NCBI GenBank assembly: GCA_963745075.1
Contig: CAVUWV010000018.1
Coordinates: 192,001-256,000, forward strand
Length of the DNA: 64,000 bases
Direction: 5' to 3'
Origin: Candidatus Hydrogenedentota bacterium
GTDB lineage: Bacteria; Hydrogenedentota; Hydrogenedentia; Hydrogenedentales; SLHB01
Made by a program: the position numbers and the translations under genes. Of this stretch, positions 10,125 through 20,262 are shown one piece after another (within the stretch, counting starts at the first letter, position 1; every line of letters begins with the position of its first letter). The notes beneath the pieces are model-generated. The model was not told the origin of the DNA. It saw only the letters and a program-made list of their open reading frames with translations, and ran no database searches.

Positions 10125-11705
10125 CTACTGCTTTTGCTGTTTCGCTTTGAGTTCGTCGTAGAGTTGGTGATATCCGGCCATGTCTTCGAGGCGCAGGAGA
10201 ATGAGGTACTCGAAGGAGAGCCGAGAAGCACCGAAGCTGATGGAACGTTTCTTGGGCGAGCGTTGGTCAGTCTTGACGAATTTCAGGGTGTGATTTCCCA
10301 CCGTGAGATCGTGGAGATCGAGGTCGTGCACGACATACTGGGATTCGGTGACCACCATGTCGATGGGAAGTCCGATAGCTTCGTCATCTAGGTAGGGCTG
10401 CCAGATCGCACCGGTCTGCGTGTCTTCGAATAACCCGCTGATACGGTATCGCCCAGCCTTTTCCACGCTGAAATCGAAGGTAATCGACCCGTCGTCGGCG
10501 TCGGTGTAGTAGGTTGTCCCAACGATGGCGGGGACCACCTTTTCGGGCGGGTCGGCGCGATGCGCGAGCGTGGACACGGGAATGATTTGATAGGGGGCGA
10601 TGCGCTTGTCCGCCGGTGGCAAGGGCGTATCGATCGTGGCCGGGGGATACTGGTACCAGAAGGCAACGGAACTGATCCAGTCCGGGCGTTCCTGGGAGCT
10701 GCCGATGCTATCGGCGTCCGGTCCCGCCGTCTCGTCGACAACGCTGCCGCGGTGCTCGATGGTGACGCGAATGGATTTGTCGAAGAGAATGGGGTCCGTG
10801 ATGTGCCAGCGGTAGGCGGTCCCGCGGTCGCTGGCAAAAACGCCTTCGTACAACGAAACGCCGTGATAGGGGGCGTTGAACTCGCGGAAGCCCCAGGCGT
10901 CATTGAAATAGTCCTCCGTGCCGGTGCCCTTGAGCCGGGGCGTCTCCTCCCCGTCGATGTAGATGAAGTCGTCCCCTTCGCCGAACCAGCCGATCTCCAC
11001 CTGCTGCACCGAGTACACCGTGCCCACGTACTGGCCGCGGCCTTTCGTATCGAGAATGGTGTAGTGTCCCGGCGGGGCCGGCATGGCCTGGTGGTATTGA
11101 GCATGAAAATACAAGGTATCCTCGGGAAGGCTCTCGCGCTTTTGCCAGTCGAGGTAGTAGTAGAAGGAAGGCACGGGATAAATGGGGGATTCGTTACTCA
11201 CCGTGACTTTGATGTGCTTTCGGAACGGCAGGTGCCAGTAACAGGTTCGCGACAACCCGGCGGATGACGCCACAACCGGGAGCGACGTAACGTTCTTCGA
11301 TACCCCGTGACCCACCGCGAAGAAATCGCCGATGGGCGATTGGACGCTGGGTTTGTCGTTGCCGTCGTAATACACGCGCAACACGACGGAGCGCCCATAA
11401 AATGGGTCGAAGGCGGCCATGGTATTCCAGAAATGCGTAATCACACCGGGTCCGTCCACGTCGAGGAGCGTAAGCGTATCGCCGGGCATGATGGAGCGCA
11501 TATCTCCGTTGCTGTTGATGTCCTCGGCGGAACTGCTGGCTCGCTCGGCGGTCCCGGGCTGAAGCCGGGTCAACGCATCGAACGTGCCCGTGGAGGCGGT
11601 CTGTGCACCTGACGCCAGCACAACCGTAAACGCGAAAAGAAATCCCGAAAGCATAGCGCATCGTGTGAATCCCCCTTTTGGTCTTGGTGAACCGTTATGG
11701 TGCAC
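10125..11705 (-). CDS. DUF2961 / GH172-like glycoside hydrolase
   Basis: GPGVITHFW, P(I)GDFF, WFGEGDD, GTGTEDYFNDAWG, YRWHITDPI, SSVAFWYQ motifs; signal peptide. Confidence 0.88.
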   Translation of the reverse strand: MHHNGSPRPKGGFTRCAMLSGFLFAFTVVLASGAQTASTGTFDALTRLQPGTAERASSSAEDINSNGDMRSIMPGDTLTLLDVDGPGVITHFWNTMAAFDPFYGRSVVLRVYYDGNDKPSVQSPIGDFFAVGHGVSKNVTSLPVVASSAGLSRTCYWHLPFRKHIKVTVSNESPIYPVPSFYYYLDWQKRESLPEDTLYFHAQYHQAMPAPPGHYTILDTKGRGQYVGTVYSVQQVEIGWFGEGDDFIYIDGEETPRLKGTGTEDYFNDAWGFREFNAPYHGVSLYEGVFASDRGTAYRWHITDPILFDKSIRVTIEHRGSVVDETAGPDADSIGSSQERPDWISSVAFWYQYPPATIDTPLPPADKRIAPYQIIPVSTLAHRADPPEKVVPAIVGTTYYTDADDGSITFDFSVEKAGRYRISGLFEDTQTGAIWQPYLDDEAIGLPIDMVVTESQYVVHDLDLHDLTVGNHTLKFVKTDQRSPKKRSISFGASRLSFEYLILLRLEDMAGYHQLYDELKAKQQKQ

Positions 11706-11790
11706 GGGTCATCCCTCGGCGTGCAAGCCTGACGAATTCTCTGTATGCTAGTGGGACTGGTGAAGCATTCGCTGCAAGGGAGCGCCGAAG

Positions 11791-12408
11791 ATGGGATTCT
11801 ACAGTACGCGGATTTGCCCCTGTATTCTCGACGTCGTCATGACGGGCAAACATTTTGCCGAGACGCGGCCGGACGTGCTCAAACATGCCCGGGGCAATGT
11901 CTTTGAAATCGGCTTCGGCTCCGGGCTCAACCTGTCGTATTACCCGGAACACGTCACAAAACTGACGACCATCGATCCGAATCCCGGATTGCATAAGATC
12001 GCGCGCAAACGGATCGCCGACTCCTCCATCGAAGTCGAATTGCACCAGCTCCGGGGCGAGGAACTGCCGATGGCGGACGCGACCTTCGACACGGTGGTCA
12101 GCACGTGGACGCTGTGCAGCATCGCGGGCGTCGAGCAGGCCTTGCGGGAACTGCGGCGGGTGCTGAAACCCGACGGGCAATTCCTCTTCGTCGAACATGG
12201 TCTTGCGGACACGCCGCGGACCCAATGGTGGCAGCACAAACTCACGCCGATTCAAAAGGTGATCGGCGACGGGTGCCATTTCGACCGGGATATCAAGGGG
12301 CTCATCGAAGGAGGCGGCTTTCAGTTCGCCGAATACGAAAATTTCTGTTTCCACGGCATCCCGAAATGGGCGGGGTATCAGTACAAGGGCATTGCGGTAA
12401 AAGGTTAA
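11791..12408 (+). CDS. Class I SAM-dependent methyltransferase
   Basis: EIGFGSGLN motif I, FDTVVSTWTLCSI, RRVLKPDG, FVEHG. Confidence 0.92.
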   Translation: MGFYSTRICPCILDVVMTGKHFAETRPDVLKHARGNVFEIGFGSGLNLSYYPEHVTKLTTIDPNPGLHKIARKRIADSSIEVELHQLRGEELPMADATFDTVVSTWTLCSIAGVEQALRELRRVLKPDGQFLFVEHGLADTPRTQWWQHKLTPIQKVIGDGCHFDRDIKGLIEGGGFQFAEYENFCFHGIPKWAGYQYKGIAVKG

Positions 12409-12492
12409 CGAGGCGTAATCTTCTCGTCCATGAACTTCTATAAGATACCGGTAATTCGATTGTAGAACAATCACAGTGAAGGCAGGTTCGGA

Positions 12493-12567
12493 ATGTAGCG
12501 CAGGCGTCTCGCCTGCAAAGTCGCTGGCTAACCCGACAAGGATGCAGGCGAGACGCCTGCGCTACAT
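12493..12567. repeat. REP-like inverted doublet (GTAG class)
   Basis: Perfect 25-bp inverted repeat ATGTAGCGCAGGCGTCTCGCCTGCA at 12493-12517 and 12543-12567; each arm is an internal palindrome. Confidence 0.85.
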
Positions 12568-12615
12568 CCGGGGTTCCCGTGAGAGATTTTACGCCATTAT
12601 TCGGGGGGGTAAAGT

Positions 12616-14106
12616 ATGATCATTAAGATCGCCATGATCGGTGCAGGAAGCATCGGATTCACACGCCGGTTGATGCAGGACATCTTGACGGTGCCGGAAC
12701 TCCGGGATACGGAGTTCGCTTTCACTGATATCGACCGGCAAAACCTGGACATGGTCGCGCAACTGGCGCGGCGGGATATCAAGGCGAACGGTCTTCCCGC
12801 CAAGATAACGGCCACGACGAATCGCCGGCGCGCGCTCGAAGGCGCCGACTACGTCTTCTGTCTGGTTCGCGTGGGCGGACTGGAGGCCTTCCAGACCGAC
12901 ATCGACATTCCGTTGAAATACGGCGTGGACCAGTGCGTAGGCGACACCATCTGCGCGGGCGGAATCATGTACGGGCAGCGCGGGATTCCGGTGTTGCTTG
13001 ATTTCTGCAAGGACATTCGCGAGGTGGCCGCGCCGGGCTGCGTGTTCATGAATTACTCGAATCCCATGGCCATGCTCACCTGGGCCTGCAATCGGTACGG
13101 CGGCGTGAAGACCATCGGCCTGTGCCACGGCGTGCACGGCTCGTGGGAACAAATCGCGAACGTACTCGGCCTGCCGATGAATGAAGTCGACGTGGTTGCC
13201 GCGGGGATCAATCATCAGACCTGGTTCATTAGGGTGACGCACAAGGGCCGGGACATGACCGGAAAACTGCTGGCGGCCTTTGAAAAGCATCCCGTGTACA
13301 GCAAGAGCGAGAAGGTGCGCATCGACATGCTGCGGCGATTCGGGTATTACACGACGGAGAGCAACGGTCATGTATCCGAGTATGTACCCTGGTATCGAAA
13401 GCGGACGAACGAAATCCGGAAATGGATCGACCTCGGCGACTGGATTAACGGAGAAACCGGCGGCTACCTCCGCGTCTGCGCGGAGGGACGAAACTGGTTC
13501 AAGACGGATTTCCCAAACTGGTTGAAGGAGCCCGCGCCGAAGTTCACGCCGGAGAATCGTTCGTCCGAGCACGGAAGCTATATCGTCGAAGCGATGGAGA
13601 CGGGCCGCATCTACCGCGGGCATTTTAATACTGTCAACAAAGGGTGCATCACGAATTTGCCGAAGGATTGTGTCATCGAAGCGCCGGGGTACGTGGACCG
13701 CACGGGCCTTAATATGACCATCGTCGGCGATCTCCCGTTGGCCTGCGCGGCCACATGCAGCGCAAGCGTCCAGGTACAGCGAATGGCCGTCGAAGCGGCG
13801 GTCCATGGCGACGTCACGTTGCTGAAACAAGCGATGCTGCACGATCCCCTTGTGGCGGCCGTGTGCAACCCGCCGGAAGTGTGGCAGATGGTGGACGAGA
13901 TGCTCGTCGCCCAGACGAAGTGGTTGCCCCAATACCGCAAAGAAATCCCGAAAGCGCGCAAACGATTGGCTCACGAACCGAAGCTGGGCATACGAAAGTC
14001 CCGCGGCGCGGCCCGGGTCAAAACCAAGTCCGTCGCCGCAATGAAACGGGACGCGAAAGCCGCGCGAAGGAATGCGGCCGCTGTTGATAAAGCCCGGCGG
14101 ACTTGA
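12616..14106 (+). CDS. melA: GH4 NAD+-dependent alpha-galactosidase/alpha-glucosidase
   Basis: IGAGSIGF, NYSNPM, GLCHG, GINHQ, TESNGHVSEYVPW motifs. Confidence 0.9.
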   Translation: MIIKIAMIGAGSIGFTRRLMQDILTVPELRDTEFAFTDIDRQNLDMVAQLARRDIKANGLPAKITATTNRRRALEGADYVFCLVRVGGLEAFQTDIDIPLKYGVDQCVGDTICAGGIMYGQRGIPVLLDFCKDIREVAAPGCVFMNYSNPMAMLTWACNRYGGVKTIGLCHGVHGSWEQIANVLGLPMNEVDVVAAGINHQTWFIRVTHKGRDMTGKLLAAFEKHPVYSKSEKVRIDMLRRFGYYTTESNGHVSEYVPWYRKRTNEIRKWIDLGDWINGETGGYLRVCAEGRNWFKTDFPNWLKEPAPKFTPENRSSEHGSYIVEAMETGRIYRGHFNTVNKGCITNLPKDCVIEAPGYVDRTGLNMTIVGDLPLACAATCSASVQVQRMAVEAAVHGDVTLLKQAMLHDPLVAAVCNPPEVWQMVDEMLVAQTKWLPQYRKEIPKARKRLAHEPKLGIRKSRGAARVKTKSVAAMKRDAKAARRNAAAVDKARRT

Positions 14107-14201
14107 TTCGCTCCGAAACGACATCTATTCTCCGTTAGGGTCATCTGCTTTGGGGGGATGCCTCGTCGTTCCGCAAACGTACCTGGAGGTCGTCAGCAAT
14201 T

Positions 14202-15809
14202 ATGCGAATCATGCCATTCGTCGCGCTCTTTCTGTGTTTTTCATTCCCAACATTTGGCGCGCGGCCGCAAACCGCAACGGGCGTTGTATTCAACGACAGC
14301 AACGGCAACGGCGTCCATGATCATGGCGAAACCGGGATTAAGTCCGTCGCCGTATCGAATGGTATCGACGTGGTGCAGACCGATCGCCATGGCAGATACG
14401 CGATTCCAGTCAGCGACGACACGATCGTTTTCGTGATTAAACCCGCAAATTGGCAGACGACGATCGACCCGGTCACGCAGATACCGCGGTTCTACTACGT
14501 GCACAAGCCGGGCGGCTCGCCGCAATCAAAGTATCCGGGGGTGGCGCCGACGGGTCCCTTGCCAAATTCCATCGATTTCCCATTGCACAAACATCGCGAG
14601 CCGCATAGATTTCGCGTGGTTTGCCTGGGCGATACGCAAACCCCCACGCAGGAAACCGTAGATTTTCTCAGCCACGATCTGATTGAAGAACTCTCGCATG
14701 TGGACACGGCGTTCGGGATCACGTTGGGCGATTTGGTGGACAACAATCTTGATATGTACGAGCCGTTGGTCCAAACGGTCGGATTGCTTCAACGGCCGTG
14801 GCGTCACGTCATCGGCAACCATGACCTGAACCAGGATTCGCCCAACAACCAATACGCCGATGAATCCTATGAGCGTGTGTTCGGACCATCGCACTACGCG
14901 TTTAACTACGGCAAAGTCCATTTCGTTGCGTTCGACGACGTGCTTTGGCAAGGCAAAGGCTATGTGGGCCGCTTCGGCGAGGAACAACTCCAGTTCCTGC
15001 GGAACGATCTCGCCCTGGTACCCGAAGACTATTTGATCGTTCCGTTGATGCACATTCCACTGAATGAGGTGGAGGACCGGGACGCGTTCTTCGCGATTCT
15101 GGACGACTTTCCCCACACGTTCTCGTTGTCGGCGCACTGGCATCGACAAGAGCACTTCTTCATGGACGCGTCCATGGGCTGGCACGGCAAGGAGCCCCAC
15201 CACCATCTCGTAAACAATACCGCCTGCGGAAGCTGGTGGAAAGGCGATTTCGACGAGGTCGGGCTGCCGCACACCACGATGGCCGATGGCGGGCCGAATG
15301 GATACAGCATCATCTCCTTCGACGGCAACGCATACTCTGTGGAGTTCAAAGCGGCGCGGAAGCCGGCGGACTATCAGATGAATATCTTCGCGCCGGAATC
15401 CGTGTTGGTTGTCGATGCGGCCGCCACGGATCTGATCGTAAACGTGTTCGCGGGCTCGGAGCGATCCACGGTGGAGTTCCGCGTTGGTGACGGCGATTGG
15501 CAGCCGATGCAGCGTCAGTCCAACGTCGATCCCTTCTATGAAGCGGCGTACAACCGGGAGTTCGCCATCCTGGACAGAGCCGCCGACTTGGCTGGATTGA
15601 TAGCCGACCCAAAGTCGGCCCGCAAGAAGATGCAGTCGGACTTCTGGCCGCTCCTCCGCACGTCCACTGCGCCGCGGGAAACGGGCCACTGCTGGCATGG
15701 GAACCTTCCGGCCAACCTCGCGCCGGGGTCCCAGTTCATCGAAGTGCGCACGACGGACATGTTCGGGCATACGTATACGGGGCGGCGCGTGTTGCGGGTG
15801 GTTGAGTAG
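14202..15809 (+). CDS. Secreted calcineurin-like metallophosphoesterase (MetallophosN/C architecture)
   Basis: GDTQ, LGDLV, GNHD, HIP, AHWH, CGSWW, DGGPNGY motifs; signal peptide. Confidence 0.9.
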   Translation: MRIMPFVALFLCFSFPTFGARPQTATGVVFNDSNGNGVHDHGETGIKSVAVSNGIDVVQTDRHGRYAIPVSDDTIVFVIKPANWQTTIDPVTQIPRFYYVHKPGGSPQSKYPGVAPTGPLPNSIDFPLHKHREPHRFRVVCLGDTQTPTQETVDFLSHDLIEELSHVDTAFGITLGDLVDNNLDMYEPLVQTVGLLQRPWRHVIGNHDLNQDSPNNQYADESYERVFGPSHYAFNYGKVHFVAFDDVLWQGKGYVGRFGEEQLQFLRNDLALVPEDYLIVPLMHIPLNEVEDRDAFFAILDDFPHTFSLSAHWHRQEHFFMDASMGWHGKEPHHHLVNNTACGSWWKGDFDEVGLPHTTMADGGPNGYSIISFDGNAYSVEFKAARKPADYQMNIFAPESVLVVDAAATDLIVNVFAGSERSTVEFRVGDGDWQPMQRQSNVDPFYEAAYNREFAILDRAADLAGLIADPKSARKKMQSDFWPLLRTSTAPRETGHCWHGNLPANLAPGSQFIEVRTTDMFGHTYTGRRVLRVVE

Positions 15810-15924
15810 AGTCAGCGAGTACATGTCCCCGCCGCGGATTAGCTGCACCGCATTGCCGATCATCCCACATACAAGGTAAAATACAGGGAGAACTTAGGCG
15901 GACACCGACAACCAGGAAACATCC

Positions 15925-16158
15925 ATGGCTAGTCAAGCGCAGGACGTATTAAAGCAGGCGCTAGAGCTTACCCCAATCGAACGAGCCGAGCTGGTAGAAC
16001 ACATCTTGTCCAGTTTCGAGTTCGCCGATCGGGAGGAAATCAGCCGGCGGTGGGCCGCGGAGGCTGAGGCGCGAGTCAAAGCGTACGATGAGGGACGGAT
16101 GGGCTCAACCCCAGCGGACCTGGTCTTTGAGGAGATCGAACGAGACAAATACCGGTGA
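15925..16158 (+). CDS. Addiction-module antitoxin component
   Basis: ALELTPIERAELVE...WAAEAEARV pattern; overlaps toxin start. Confidence 0.85.
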   Translation: MASQAQDVLKQALELTPIERAELVEHILSSFEFADREEISRRWAAEAEARVKAYDEGRMGSTPADLVFEEIERDKYR

Positions 16159-16460
16159 AGACCCGGTTCCTCGACGCTGCAAAGGCAGAATTTGCGGGTG
16201 CGGTGGAGTATTACAACCTTGAACGAGAAGGGTTGGGTTTCGAATTCGCCGCCGAAGTGAGACGTACAATTGAGCGGATCCTGCAATACCCGGAAGCGTG
16301 GCCCGCCCAATCGGAACAGACGCGGCGATGTCGCTGCAATCGATTTCCCTATGCGGTTCTCTATACGGTGCGCGATGACGACCTTGTCGTGGTCGCCGTG
16401 ATGCACATGCGTCGCGACCCAGAGGTCTGGCAGGCTCGCCTCGAAGGCAGCTGTGAATAG
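16155..16460 (+). CDS. RelE/ParE family toxin
   Basis: AKAEF...YY...GLGFEF, RFPYAVLY, VVAVMHMRRDPEVW. Confidence 0.9.
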   Translation: MKTRFLDAAKAEFAGAVEYYNLEREGLGFEFAAEVRRTIERILQYPEAWPAQSEQTRRCRCNRFPYAVLYTVRDDDLVVVAVMHMRRDPEVWQARLEGSCE

Positions 16461-16584
16461 ATGGCAACAGTCCCGCCGCCTCAGTTTTGTTTTTGCCTAT
16501 ACTCTTTTGATGAACTCGTCGCTGCAAACATCAGAATGCGAAGCATAGAGAATCGTATATACTCATAGAAATGGGGTTGCTTCC

Positions 16585-16989
16585 GTGAACGCAGTAACCA
16601 ACAAGTCAATCGTCACCCGTTACGCGGAGGCGTTCAACCGAGGCGACGTAGATGGCGTCTGTGCACTCTTTGCGCCGGACGCGCAGATCTTCGGCGTGCT
16701 GGGATGGGGCGGGCTGGATGTGGCCCGGCCGATCTGGGAACAACTCGTCCGCTGTTTTGGGATGCAGCTCAACATCGAGGCCATCATTGCGGAAGGCGAC
16801 GCGGTTGCAGTGCGCTACACCGAATCCGGAACCTTCGTGAATGCATTCCGAGACACGGCCCCGACCGGCAAGTCCTACACAATCACCGCGATGGAGTGGT
16901 TTGTCATCCGCGACGGGCTCATCGTCCAACGCTGGGGGGCACGCGATTCCGCCACCATGTTCCGGCAAATGGAGATTCCACTGGAATAG
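16585..16989 (+). CDS. SnoaL-like ester cyclase / NTF2 family protein
   Basis: NKSIVTRY, IIAEGDAVAVRY, PTGKSY, RDGLIVQRW. Confidence 0.85.
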   Translation: MNAVTNKSIVTRYAEAFNRGDVDGVCALFAPDAQIFGVLGWGGLDVARPIWEQLVRCFGMQLNIEAIIAEGDAVAVRYTESGTFVNAFRDTAPTGKSYTITAMEWFVIRDGLIVQRWGARDSATMFRQMEIPLE

Positions 16990-17087
16990 CGCCCAAAACG
17001 ACACTCCAGGACCGGTGCGTGAAGGAATTCAGGGTCCCAATGGATGTTGTTGTTGGGGCCTGGACTTCTTGCGATCGGGCTTTGTCC

Positions 17088-17116
17088 TTGCGAACTAGGA
17101 TAAGCTGGCATATAAT
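17088..17116 (+). promoter_or_regulatory. Sigma-70 promoter for the glycosyltransferase gene
   Basis: TTGCGA-N17-TATAAT. Confidence 0.6.
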
Positions 17117-17157
17117 AGCGTCATTACATGGCACTATCGAAAAGCGGACGTTTCGAG

Positions 17158-18465
17158 ATGGCCCAACTTGAGATCCAAGAGCGGACTGCGACGGCCCAGC
17201 AGATCCGACGGAAGCCGCGCATTCTCTTCATGGCGGAGGATGTATCGCTCTCCCACGTGGTGCGACCGCTGCTACTGGCGGGGGCGCTCGATCCCGATCG
17301 GTACGACATTCACTTTGCGACGGGGCGGAAGCACGAATCCTTCGTACGATCAACAGGTCTCGCGTACGCGGAAATTGAGACGGTTCCATCCGATGTCTTC
17401 ATGGACCGTGCGAAAAAAGACAAGCCCATATTCAAAGGCGATGAGCTTTGCCGATCCGTTGAGGATGATCTACGGCTTTTCAAAAACATTCGCCCGGACC
17501 TTGTGGTCTGTGATTTTCGGGCATCGGCAACCATAAGCGCCGATGTTGCCAACACACCTCTCGCATTCCTGCTGAATGCCCACTACGGCTCTTACTCGAC
17601 GCAACCGCTTCCGGTTCTGGAAACACCCCTGAGGCCAATTCTTGGGAAGACCCTCGACTCGGCGTTCTTCAAATGCGTGTTGCCTTTCGTGAAGCGAGTC
17701 CATGCGCGGCCGTTGAACGAGGCGAGACAGGCGTACGGACTCGAGCCGCTTGACAATATTCGCCAGTGGATCGACTGGCCGAAGAAGTGCAGAAGCTGGT
17801 ACTTGTACCTCGATGTGCCCGAACTCTCACCGACTGTTGATCTACCTTTTAACCATCGTTACGTCGGTCCTGATATGTGGTCACCGGACGTAGCGCTACC
17901 TCCCTGGTGGGACAACGTACCATCGGATAGGCCGATCGTGTATCTCACGCTGGGGTACTCGGGGGAATCGTCGGTTTTGCCGGCGTTGTTTGAAGTGCTC
18001 GGGGAGATGCCCGTCACCGTCATCTTTTCATCAGCAGGGAATCCGAACTGCCCGCCGCTTCCTGCGAATGCGTTTGCGACCGACTTCCTGCCCGGACATG
18101 AAGCCTGCCGGCGAGCGGACTTGACCATCTGTAACGGAGGAAAAGGAACGGTCTATCAGTCGTTGAATGCCGGAACTCCCGTACTGGGTATTCCCTCCAA
18201 CATTGACCAGTACTTCACGATGTGGCCCGTAGTGGAGCAAGGGTGCGGCCTCACGCTTCGCGCGCGGCGAATGAACCGGAAGGAGTTAGCCCGGTCAATC
18301 GGCCAATTGCTTCATCGCGACGACTTCCGGATGTCCGCGAAACGCTTGCAGCGTGTCATTTCGCAATTCGACGCCAGAAAGAATTTCCGGTCGTTTCTGG
18401 AATCCATAAGCCTTGTCAAGCCAATATGGCGCATCGCCAGCCCGCCCAATACCGTCAGGCGTTGA
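17158..18465 (+). CDS. GT1 (MGT/UDPGT-like) glycosyltransferase
   Basis: SLSHVVRP, PDLVVCDFR, YLTLGYSG, ICNGGKGTVYQSL..GTPVLGIPSNIDQ; start could be 17128. Confidence 0.88.
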   Translation: MAQLEIQERTATAQQIRRKPRILFMAEDVSLSHVVRPLLLAGALDPDRYDIHFATGRKHESFVRSTGLAYAEIETVPSDVFMDRAKKDKPIFKGDELCRSVEDDLRLFKNIRPDLVVCDFRASATISADVANTPLAFLLNAHYGSYSTQPLPVLETPLRPILGKTLDSAFFKCVLPFVKRVHARPLNEARQAYGLEPLDNIRQWIDWPKKCRSWYLYLDVPELSPTVDLPFNHRYVGPDMWSPDVALPPWWDNVPSDRPIVYLTLGYSGESSVLPALFEVLGEMPVTVIFSSAGNPNCPPLPANAFATDFLPGHEACRRADLTICNGGKGTVYQSLNAGTPVLGIPSNIDQYFTMWPVVEQGCGLTLRARRMNRKELARSIGQLLHRDDFRMSAKRLQRVISQFDARKNFRSFLESISLVKPIWRIASPPNTVRR

Positions 18466-18519
18466 GAACTATCGGTCTACCTCGTATTGAAGCCGGCCGA
18501 AACAACGTTTGCCCCCAAT

Positions 18520-20226
18520 TCAGTCGATCCGCCGGACCTCGACGTAAGAGGCGCCACGGTTCTTGCCCGGGGCGGTGACCCAGCCGCGAACGGTCGCAGG
18601 ACCATCGGGAATGTAAGCAGCCGGGAAAGTGACCGCTTGCTCGCCCTCCTGGAGCGGGTGGGTTAACCGAACACCGCCGAGGGTGAAGTGGGCTTGGCCG
18701 GGGAAGGCTTTGTCGTCGAAGCGGAGGGTAACTTCGTACTGCCCTGGCCGGTCAACCTCCACCAACCAATAGCCGCCGTACCCGTAGCCTTCGTCGTTAC
18801 CTTCGCGTTGATCCTGTATGGTGAGAATCACGGGATTCTCCTCATGGCTTCCGATAACGATCCGCGGCGGCACAGCGGCCCGTATCCCGACGACGTCCTC
18901 AAACCACTCCTCATACTGGTGCCGCATTCGCGCGACGATATCAGGGTGGTCGGCAGCGATGTTCCGCTTCTCGTACGGGTCCGCCGCAATATCGTAGAGT
19001 TCGACGCCGTTTACGAGCTTGTATTGCTGCGTGCGTACGGCGCAACCGTTGTACGGTTCCGGGGTATCGCCCCGGTGCCATTGGAAGAACAGGGGCCGAT
19101 CCGTCCACGTAACCGATTTCTCTTCGAGCAGGGGCAGAAGACTACGCCCGTCCACGCGCATGTAATCCGGCACACCGAGTCCGCAGGCGTCCAGGATCGT
19201 CGGCATGACATCGATGTGCGCGCCAATCCGATCGACGACTCGGCCGGCTTTCAAATGTTTCGGCCAACGCACGAAGAATGGCACACGAATGCCGCCTTCG
19301 TAGACGGAGCCTTTCGCGCCGCGCAAATCGGCATTCCAACGCACGCCGTCCTTTGTCCCTTGCGGCCCGTTATCGGTCAGAAAGATGACCATGGTGTTCT
19401 CTGCCAGGCCGGTGTCGTCGAGCTTTTGCAGCAGCCGCCCGACGTTTTCATCGATGTTGGTGATCATGGCATAGGCTTTTGCCGTTTCGTCGTCGAGGCC
19501 CATCGCGCGGTACGGCTCAACGAGATCGTCGTTAATCGTCAGCGGAGAGTGCGGTGCGTTGGTGGGCAGATAGACGAAGAAGGGATCGTTGCGATGCCGG
19601 TCGATGAAGTCGATGGCGGCGTTGGTGAAGATGTCCGTGCAGTACCCCTCGTACTGCTTCAATTCACCGTCGTGCAGGAGGTAGGGATTGTAGTAATCGT
19701 TTCCCGGCGGGTTGGACGGCTGTCCGATGCCACCGCCTTGATGCACCAGCGACTCCTGAAAACCCTGGTCCATGGGACGCAGTGGGTAATTATCGCCGAG
19801 ATGCCACTTGCCGAAGATGCCCGTCGCGTAACCGGCTTGCGACAGCACCTCGGCAACCGTCGTTTCGTCCGGATACATCAAGGCCCGGCCGCGGTAGGTG
19901 TCGATGGCCCCGGTACGGTAGTTGTAGCGCCCCGTCATCAGGCTGGCCCGCGTTGGCGCGCATACCGGACAGACGTAGAACTGATCGACGCGTGCGCTTT
20001 CGTCGTGAAGGCGGTCGAGATTCGGGGTGCGGATGTGAGGATTGCCGTGGCACCCCAGATCGCCGTAGCCCTGATCGTCGGTCATGATCAGAATGACGTT
20101 GGGGCGATCGGCACTCGATGCGGCGTGGGCTTTCCGGCCGGAACGAGAAACGGCGGCGGCCAGTCCGGCACTCGCCATGACTTTGCCCGCCGCCGTTAGA
20201 AACTGCCTGCGATTCGGTTTGTCCAT
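18520..20226 (-). CDS. Tat-exported arylsulfatase
   Basis: NRRQFL signal; TDDQGYGD, CAPTR formylglycine motif, GKWHLG. Confidence 0.95.
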   Translation of the reverse strand: MDKPNRRQFLTAAGKVMASAGLAAAVSRSGRKAHAASSADRPNVILIMTDDQGYGDLGCHGNPHIRTPNLDRLHDESARVDQFYVCPVCAPTRASLMTGRYNYRTGAIDTYRGRALMYPDETTVAEVLSQAGYATGIFGKWHLGDNYPLRPMDQGFQESLVHQGGGIGQPSNPPGNDYYNPYLLHDGELKQYEGYCTDIFTNAAIDFIDRHRNDPFFVYLPTNAPHSPLTINDDLVEPYRAMGLDDETAKAYAMITNIDENVGRLLQKLDDTGLAENTMVIFLTDNGPQGTKDGVRWNADLRGAKGSVYEGGIRVPFFVRWPKHLKAGRVVDRIGAHIDVMPTILDACGLGVPDYMRVDGRSLLPLLEEKSVTWTDRPLFFQWHRGDTPEPYNGCAVRTQQYKLVNGVELYDIAADPYEKRNIAADHPDIVARMRHQYEEWFEDVVGIRAAVPPRIVIGSHEENPVILTIQDQREGNDEGYGYGGYWLVEVDRPGQYEVTLRFDDKAFPGQAHFTLGGVRLTHPLQEGEQAVTFPAAYIPDGPATVRGWVTAPGKNRGASYVEVRRID

Positions 20227-20262
20227 GGGGCCCTCCGTTGTTACCGGCCGCCATGGACCGGC

